A stretch of DNA of 64,000 nt from Octopus sinensis. Taxonomy: Eukaryota. Shown piece by piece: positions 55,662-64,000 of the stretch. The stretch is from the NCBI RefSeq assembly GCF_006345805.1, contig NC_043018.1, positions 1,612,001-1,676,000 on the forward strand. Direction: 5' to 3'. Position numbers and translations under genes: made by a program. The notes below the pieces were generated by a model that was given only the letters and a program-made list of their open reading frames with translations, did not search any database and was not told the DNA's origin. Positions within the stretch are counted from its first letter, which is position 1, and each line of letters starts with the position of its first letter.

Positions 55662-56062
55662 AGGCGCAGGAGTGGCTGTGTGGTAAGTAGCTTGTTTACC
55701 AGGGTTCAGTCACACTGCGTGGCACCTTGGGTAAGTGTCTTCTACTATAGCCTCGGGCCGACCAAAGCCTTGTGAGTGGATTTGGTAGACGGAAACTGAA
55801 AGAAGCCTGTCGTATATATGTATATATATATATATGTGTGTGTGTATGTGTTTGTGTGTCTGTGTTTGTCCCCCTAGCATTGCTTGACAACCGATTCTGG
55901 TGTGTTTATGTCCCCGTTACTTAGCGGTTCGGCAAAAGAGACCGATAAAATAAGTACGGGGCTTACAAAAGAATAAGTCCTGGGATCGATTTGCTCGATT
56001 AAAGGCGGTGCTTCAGGATGGCCGCAGTCAAATGACTGAAACAAGTAAAAGAGTAAAAGAGA
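55662..56062 (+). mobile_element. SINE family C
   Basis: Full head AGGCGCAGGAGTGGCTG; short deletion in the head. Confidence 0.88.
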
Positions 56063-56396
56063 GTATACATTTTAAAATCTGTAGAAAGAAACAAATCGGC
56101 GCTTTACGAACGAAACACTGCTAGTGGTTGGATGCAAACTTCTATATCACTGCGACCGTTAAAATTACAGTTTAATTGTCGTCAGTATAGACTGAGTGGA
56201 AACAATTTGAGAGAAACGACGCTATAGTTCATATATAGAAGAAAAGAAACTATAAATAAATAAACAAATAAAATTACTGAATAAACTCTGTCGCCATTTT
56301 TAGTGAAATCACTGTCATTGTTAAGTCGTCAGAATGTAAATATTTACTTTTCCCATTCTCGATATTTTTTTTATATTATTTATTAATGTTTTTGTA

Positions 56397-56473
<77 letters not shown>

Positions 56474-56810
56474 TCTTATTTTTGTGTCTGCCTTTGCTGA
56501 CTCAATTTGACGTATTGACATGTCTAAATATCTAAGTGTTAGAAAGGGCTTCCGGTTGTCAAAAATATGTGTAAAAGTTCATATAAGCAATACTAAGGCC
56601 AATTTCAGTTAACTAGCTACATCAACAATGAGACAAATTCCCCTTATCTAATCGGTCGATCCACTGACATTGCTAGAAATAACAGCTAAATCGAAACTGA
56701 TACTGAATCAAATTATAACCGCCACCGTCTTATGTACGATGGGCACCGCACAGGCTCTAATGCGAGTTAAGGTGAACTGTGGCTGGATGAAAGATAGTAT
56801 GGACATGATT

Positions 56811-57216
56811 ACTCTTTACTCTTTACTCTTTTACTTGTTTCAGTCATTTGACTGCGGCCATGCTGGAGCACCGCCTTTAGTCGAGCAACTCGACCCCGGG
56901 ACTTATTCTTTGTAAGCCCAGTACTTATTCTATCGGTCTCTTTTTGCCGAACCGCTAAGTGACGGGGACGTAAACACACAAGCATCGGTTGTCAAGCGAT
57001 GCTAGGGGGACAAATACAGACACACAAACACACATATATATATATATACACATATATACGACAGGCTTCTTTCAGTTTCCGTCTACCAAATCCACTCACA
57101 AGGCATTGGTCGGCCCGGGGCTATAGCAGAAGACACTTGCCCAAGATGCCACGCAGTGGGACTGAACCCGGAACCATGAGGTTGGTTAGCAAGCTACTTG
57201 CCACACAGCCACTCCT
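56811..57216 (-). mobile_element. SINE family C
   Basis: Reverse complement of 55662-56062. Confidence 0.88.
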
Positions 57217-57296
57217 ATGATTAGATTGGCAATGTTTTCTATCAGGCGAAATTTTGCAAAAAGAGTGGGTGTTGAGCGATGAGAGGTGTCACATTT

Positions 57297-58030
57297 AAGG
57301 CGGCGAGCTGGCAGAAATGTTAGCACGCCGGGCGAAATGTGTAGCCGTATTTCGTCTGCTGTTACGTTCTGAGTTCAAATTCCTCCGAGGTCGATTAGCC
57401 TTTCATCCTTTCGGGGTCGATAAATTAAGGACCAGTTGCGCACTGGGGTCGATGTAATCGAATTGATCCGTTTGTCTGTCCTTGTTTGTCCTCTCTGTGT
57501 TTAGCACCTTGTGGGTAGTAAAAAAATAGGTATTTCGTCTGCCGCTACGTTCTGAGTTCAAATTCCGCCGAGGTCGACTTTGCCTTTCATCCTTTCGGTG
57601 TCGATAAATTAAGGACCAGTTGCGCACTGGGGTCGATGTAATCGAATTGATCCGTTTGTCTGTCCTTGTTTGTCCTCTCTGTGTTTAGCACCTTGTGGGT
57701 AGTAAAAAAATAGGTATTTCGTCTGCCGCTACGTTCTGAGTTCAAATTCCGCCGAGGTCGACTTTGCCTTTCATCCTTTCGGGGTCGATAAATTAAGGAC
57801 CAGTTGCGCATTGGGGTTGATGTAATCGAATTGATCTGTTTGTCTGTCCTTATTTGTCCCTTCTGTGTTTAGCACCTTGTGGGTAGTAAAAAAATAAGTA
57901 TTTCGTCTGCCGCTACGTTCTGAGTTCAAATTCCGCCAAGGTGGACTTTGCCTTTCATCCTTTCGGGCTCAATTAAATAAGTACCAGTTTGTCCTCTCTG
58001 TGTTTAGCCCCTTGTGGGTAGTAAAGAAAT
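57297..58030 (+). mobile_element. SINE family B concatemer: one full copy plus headless 184-bp units
   Basis: Units restart at GTATTTCGTCTGCCG every 184 bp (~57531, 57715, 57899); last unit internally deleted. Confidence 0.92.
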
Positions 58031-58508
58031 AGGTATCACAATTGAAGGTTCCCGAAATGGATTCCGACAAAGGTAGACCTGGAATAACGTAGCAATTAGA
58101 TCCGGTTAGGAGATAATATTAAACTATCGTATTTGAAGGTGATTCTTAAGTAAACTGGGAGGGAGTGTCATGTTTGGAGAAATTGTCAACGTAGGGATGG
58201 TCTGAATGAGAAAAGAAATTAATGATTATCTATAGAGATACGATGAATACAAGTAACGTCTTTATTTCTTTTTGTAGGGAGTGACAAGAGTTAATCACCG
58301 TATTGAGAATAAAGTTCAAAAATGATGAATGCCTAGACATGAGTGTGTGAGCATGATCACGTGTGAGTGTGGTGTGTGTGTGTGCGTGTGTGTGTGTGTG
58401 TGTGTGTATGTGAGTGCGTGTGTGTCTGTGTGTGTGTGGGCGTAAACTTTTTATAGATTTGTATGCACATGTGCATCCATAGGTTTATATATATATATGT
58501 ACAGACAA

Positions 58509-58551
<43 letters not shown>

Positions 58552-58817
58552 CATATATGTATATATATATGTATATATGTACAGACATATATGTATATAT
58601 ATATGTACATAAACACATACGTATGTATGTGAGGATGTGGGAATGGAGGGATGATGGTGGTTAAATGAATGGTTAGAAAGAGAGAAAGAAACATAGAAAG
58701 ATAGATAATAGAGAGAGATAGAGAGACATATAGGTAAATAGAGAGTGGATGTATATATGTATATATCCATATATGTTATATTATATATTATAAGTGGGTG
58801 TGCATGCTGTAAGTATA

Positions 58818-58869
<52 letters not shown>

Positions 58870-59282
58870 TGACATATAATACAGACATATATATACAGAC
58901 ATATGTATGCGCGTATGGAGTGTGTGCGTGCGTTTATCACCGAATTGTGTCATTTATTACAACTAGGGCCAATAGTTATGCAAAATTTTATCTTCGACAA
59001 CGGTTCGTGGATGGTGGAACGGAAATTGAAATATCACGAATACGGTTACGAGACAGGCACATACTCACGTGCGCGCACACGCACATATATATCCATATGG
59101 TAGACATACATACGTATATATTAGCACTTGTACATCTGTGTATGTATATATATATATATAATTATATATATATATTTCTTCACATTTTTTCACCATTTTT
59201 ATAATTGTTTATGGTATCTTTATACCTATAACGAACTTTTTCAATTATATTTGTATATATATATATATATATATATGCATAC

Positions 59283-59321
<39 letters not shown>

Positions 59322-59680
59322 CATATACATTTATATATATTTATATACATACATATGCATATACATACAAATATATATATTCATATATTTATATACATAT
59401 ATACATATAAGCATATTTATAAACATATATTTATATACACACACATATATGTATGTATATACTTATATGTATGTATATATTTATCTACATATTTGTATGT
59501 ATTTCTTTGTGTATTTATTTTCATGTCAAGCGATGCGTTGGAAAAATTTGAAATTGAATTTGATGATGACTCAATGCTTTTTTTCTTTTTAACGAATCAT
59601 ATATTTGCTAACGTACACCAGTAGAAGTCTGGAGTGACTTCGAAGACTCGGCTCTGCATCCCTTCATGAGATTGATACAG

Positions 59681-59712
<32 letters not shown>

Positions 59713-59925
59713 ATTCCGAAGTGAACAGTACTATATATCCATTACGGCCTATCTTACGAATCGGTTTCGCGCTAGGGATTCATCAGAGTGTTAGGTAGCA
59801 ATCCGAGTATGTAACTCTACGCTCAACAGAGGTAGCCGATATGGAATGAAATATGACGACTCCTATATACACACACACACACCACAACACACACACAACA
59901 CACACACACACACACCCCACACACC

Positions 59926-59956
<31 letters not shown>

Positions 59957-60249
59957 TATATATCTATATATAGGGATATCATATAAGGGATATCATATAC
60001 TGCGTATCCTTTAATTATGTGCTCATCAAATGCTGGATATCGTCAGAGGAGAAATCTCCTTGAAGAGGCGCAAAGTTGCAAAACACTAAACTCAAAACAG
60101 CTGCCTGGTATAGTGTGTGTATGTATAGAGCGCTAAAAACAATGTATTCCATATATCTCGAAGCACATTCTTAATACAGCTAGGACCGCATCCTAAAAAC
60201 GGGCCCTGCAATTTGGTATACATATCCTCGAATTTCTGATATTTTACAG

Positions 60250-61150
60250 TATAGATTCACAATGAATTCTTGGAACTCCATTAACTCCATTAAGCTACCT
60301 ACAAACACACTGCAACCTAGAGCTCCCAGACCTCGTTCTGTTTCCTATCTCTGTATTTCTAGTTGCAATTATTATGGTCTCTCCGGAAATATAGGTTCTC
60401 CTCCTTTAGTCTCACACGAATTATTCATCTCTTCTTCTGTTATCGACGATGTTACATCTTCTACCGCAGTTCCTACACTTACCATTAAAACCTATTCTTC
60501 TCCCAAGAACTTTGACGCCCATGTTTTCTTTACATGTGTCGAATTGCCGCAGTTTTAGCATACATCATTCCCAGCCCTAGGTCTCACACAGTATTTCCTT
60601 TCGTGTGTAAATGTTTCATGCATTTTGCCTCTGAGATGAAAGTACCATGTTGTTTTGAATATTTTAATATTACGAGACTTTTTGGGTTTTTTTCAGCAGA
60701 GCTTGAATTACATTTCCTTCCATCATTTTGTACATGTCCTTCATCTTTCATTCCGAACTGTAATTTGGGATCAAATATAACTGGAAAGCTTAGTTTTCTT
60801 ATATCTTGCAATACTTCGAAAACTTTATAGATGGTTGTAATAACTATCTTACAATCTCTCATCTCTGCGGTCGGGATGCAAAAGTTCAACGTCTTTTTTT
60901 AAAACACACCTATACTAAGTATTGCAACACACCTATACTAAGCAATCAGTTCCTTCTTTTGAAGGAACATCTTTCTATAAATATGATTGAGATTGCAAAC
61001 GATATATTTTCATGTTTGCAGCACAACTACAACTCAATTTAACGGCATGTCTATTGAGCAACATCCGTGTATTGTTAAAGGAAAACATTACTTTGTTAAG
61101 TTCATACAGCCTTTAGTCATATTGAATTTTACATCAGGTGAAAAATTTAA
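60250..61150 (-). pseudogene. Probable decayed LINE ORF1/gag-like region with CCHC knuckle remnants
   Basis: Reverse strand across frameshifts: AKCMKHLHT/RKYC and NDVC*NCGNSTHVKKTW; non-repetitive coding-like composition; clade not assignable. Confidence 0.45.
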
Positions 61151-62152
61151 GGAAAAAAATGTAAGTTATGAGGTCTCTTTTTAGGTTATCTAAGGCTTTG
61201 TGTGTTATTGATTGTATGTAAAAGTTATCTTACATTTTAATCTACTTTCCTGCGGGGCATCATTATAATAATGGGTTGCATTATCGGAAAAATGCTTATT
61301 TGCGGACTGTTTTAATATTTTAATATTTATGTTATTGACAAGGCACTTGACTACCATCTACGGGAGACATGATTGAGAAGAGACCTTGACGAATGTTCCA
61401 TTAGATTTCTTATAAGGTTTGTATAAGTTGGCTCCTAGGTTAAAAGTAATGTATTAGGAAATACATACGATATTGTTTGTCACTATAGTGATATAAACTT
61501 ATATATAAATTATTATTGATTATTTATACGTTGAATTATAAAAAGTATTTTACATTAAACTGAAGTAATATTTATTGCTTTTGCAAGAGTACAAATTCAT
61601 TATACTTTAACAAGATTAACATTGTGAGTGACTCCGAAGTTTCGGCAAATGAAGCCGCCATCGGAATGTGGAACATTTGGGTCCATCTTGGTTTTATATA
61701 GGTCATGCTAAGTTGAAATTTTCTGGAGTAAGCTGAGCTTTGCTCATTGATAATTATGTCGTAGGCAACATTGTGATGAGCAGGTGTTACGTACATAAAC
61801 ACACACACACGTATATTATGTATGTATGTATGTATGTATGTATGTATGTATGTATGTATCAATTTATCTCCCTTTCTCTCCCTCTTTCTCCCCCCCCCTT
61901 TTTCTCTCTCCCCCCTCTCTCTCTGTATATGTGTGTGTGCGCATGGGTGTGTGTGTGTGTGTATCGATATTTATAGAGTTAATGCAAAATGGACAATGTC
62001 TTACATACACACTTTAATTCACACATGCATGCATACATACATCAATCAACATACATCCATACACGTAAGACATGTAGATTTATATATATACATATACATA
62101 CTTTATGTGTATGTATATATATGTATGTATATCTATCTATATCTATATATAT

Positions 62153-62183
<31 letters not shown>

Positions 62184-62863
62184 GTATACGACGGGCTTCT
62201 TTCAGTTTCCATCTACCACACGGGTAAGTGTGTTTGTGTGGTTGTGTGTGTGCGGGTGTATGTGTGTACATGTATTTGAACATACACACCAACTCACTTC
62301 GCACGCAGAAATTACACAAAACACAGAGAAACATAAAATCATGTAAAGACTTGTTGTGTGCTTGCCTCCTTTAACAACTCTCCGCGTGACTGTCCATACA
62401 TAAACACACACACACATACACACACACACACACACACACCACACACACACACACACACAGATATTTATAATTTATAATGTATAAATCTAAATTAATATAC
62501 GTGGGCTTCATGTTCAATCCGATGTACACTTGTGTTTATTAATGTAGTCTTGGTTTTCATAACAATAACGCACATTGTGAATATATAATCAGTGTTTATA
62601 TATAAATAAGTATGTGAATATGCTTGCGTAGTTGTGTGCATACGTATACGCAAATAAATACAGATATGTATGAATACACGCCCACACAAACAGACATATA
62701 TATATATATAATAATGATGTGTGTATATATATATATATATGTATATATATATGTATATATATATATGCATATATATATATGTGTGTATATATATATATAT
62801 GTGTGTATATATATGTGTATATATATATGTATATATATATGTGTGTGTGTGTATATATATATG

Positions 62864-62898
<35 letters not shown>

Positions 62899-63559
62899 AT
62901 GCGTATATAACAGAGATAAACAGACACGAGCAGTAGCATAGAGATGTAGAGAGACCAGACAGACGGAGCGACAGATGTGTAAAGAGGCAGACATACAGAC
63001 AGACAAATAGATAGATAGATAAATAGACGGATAGATGGGTGTGTGGGTGGGTGGATGGGTGTTTGGGAGGGTGGATGGATGGATGGATGGATGGATGGAT
63101 AGATATATAGGTAGGTAGGTAGGTAGGTAGGTAGATAGATCACGTTAGACGAGATTACATGTGATAGGATAGACACCACAAATACTTATCTACAGATACT
63201 GATATATATACATTTGGTTCTGTATACGTTTCCTCATGTAAGTGTTTATATGTTCGCATCGATGATAAATTAATGCAAAAGTCTTTATTAGTGCTATAGG
63301 GTCTCGACGGGACTCATAAATCTCCTACTTAGGATGAGATTTTCTAGTGTTAATACCACCAGAGATTTGTCAGTCTGTCCAACAAGATACTACTTAAATA
63401 TGGTTCATATTGCTCTAAAGCACGCTACCCAGGAGGTTCCTCGTAGAGACAGAATATTTTAGTAACAGATTTGCAAGAACAATAGAGATAAGAGTCTCAT
63501 CTCCTTGAATCCTTGTACTGAATCAACTTAACTTTCGGCAGGCTAAGCCTAATGGACCA

Positions 63560-63584
63560 ATCAGTTACTTTTATATCTATCTAG

Positions 63585-63649
<65 letters not shown>

Positions 63650-63727
63650 CATCCATCCATCCATCCATCCATCCATCCTCCATCCATCCATCCATCCATC
63701 CATCCCATCTCATCCATCCCTCTATCC

Positions 63728-63787
<60 letters not shown>

Positions 63788-63790
63788 CTT
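63560..63790. repeat. (CTAT)n/(CCAT)n compound microsatellite
   Basis: Direct reading. Confidence 0.97.
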
Positions 63791-63791
63791 C

Positions 63792-63828
<37 letters not shown>

Positions 63829-64000
63829 ATATATATATATATATAATACAAATTGAGATAGGGGTTGTAAATGCAACCCTCCATGGGAATAACATAAATC
63901 CATATTACTGCTAGTGAAGTACCCAACAAAGTTAATACATAATGTTAAGGATTGCGTTGTTCTGTGGCTTTTTATATATTTAACCCTACAGTCTCTTATG

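Noticed and set aside
57531-58030. CRISPR-like regular repeats (also 26.6-27.3 and 53.3 kb)
   Set aside because: No unique spacers; these are SINE concatemers or a minisatellite in eukaryotic DNA.
59753-59788. CUGAUGA..GAAA hammerhead-like string on the minus strand
   Set aside because: Helix II does not pair, helix I is 2 bp and helix III is mismatched; at best a decayed copy.
60262-60558. Ser-rich plus-strand ORF with an in-frame upstream acceptor, and a possible exon at 61022-61160
   Set aside because: Better explained as the antisense of a decayed zinc-knuckle ORF1; no recognisable protein.

Overview
AT-rich, microsatellite-saturated animal DNA. From my recollection of octopus SINE families and the dense (TA)n/(CA)n/(GATA)n/(TAA)n tracts, it is most likely an Octopus intergenic or long-intron region; species cannot be fixed from the sequence. 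No host protein-coding exon, tRNA or rRNA gene could be supported, and almost all listed ORFs are microsatellite or antisense shadows. Mobile-element content: a near-full-length but frameshifted R4/Dong-type non-LTR retrotransposon (RT plus CCHC plus restriction-like endonuclease, ~4.0-7.9 kb) ending in a TAA/TGA tract; fossils of two more RLE-type LINEs, an RTE LINE and a probable LINE ORF1; several Tc1/mariner remnants; three tRNA-derived SINE families; Helitron-like non-autonomous elements. Main hunt result, read by eye: at least four unrelated short-repeat families each carry a minimal type I hammerhead-ribozyme motif (C[U/C]GANGA-helix II-GAAA-palindromic helix III-UH), usually inside a larger inverted repeat. 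One pair is tandemly duplicated 1180 nt apart, a retrozyme-like arrangement. Also notable: a TSD-bounded chimeric SINE carrying ~210 bp of unique flank copied from a donor SINE 23 kb away, a ~103-bp-arm foldback inside a LINE RT fragment in a hairpin cluster, SINE concatemers with a shared junction, and close inverted SINE pairs. All folds are manual, not computed or assayed.
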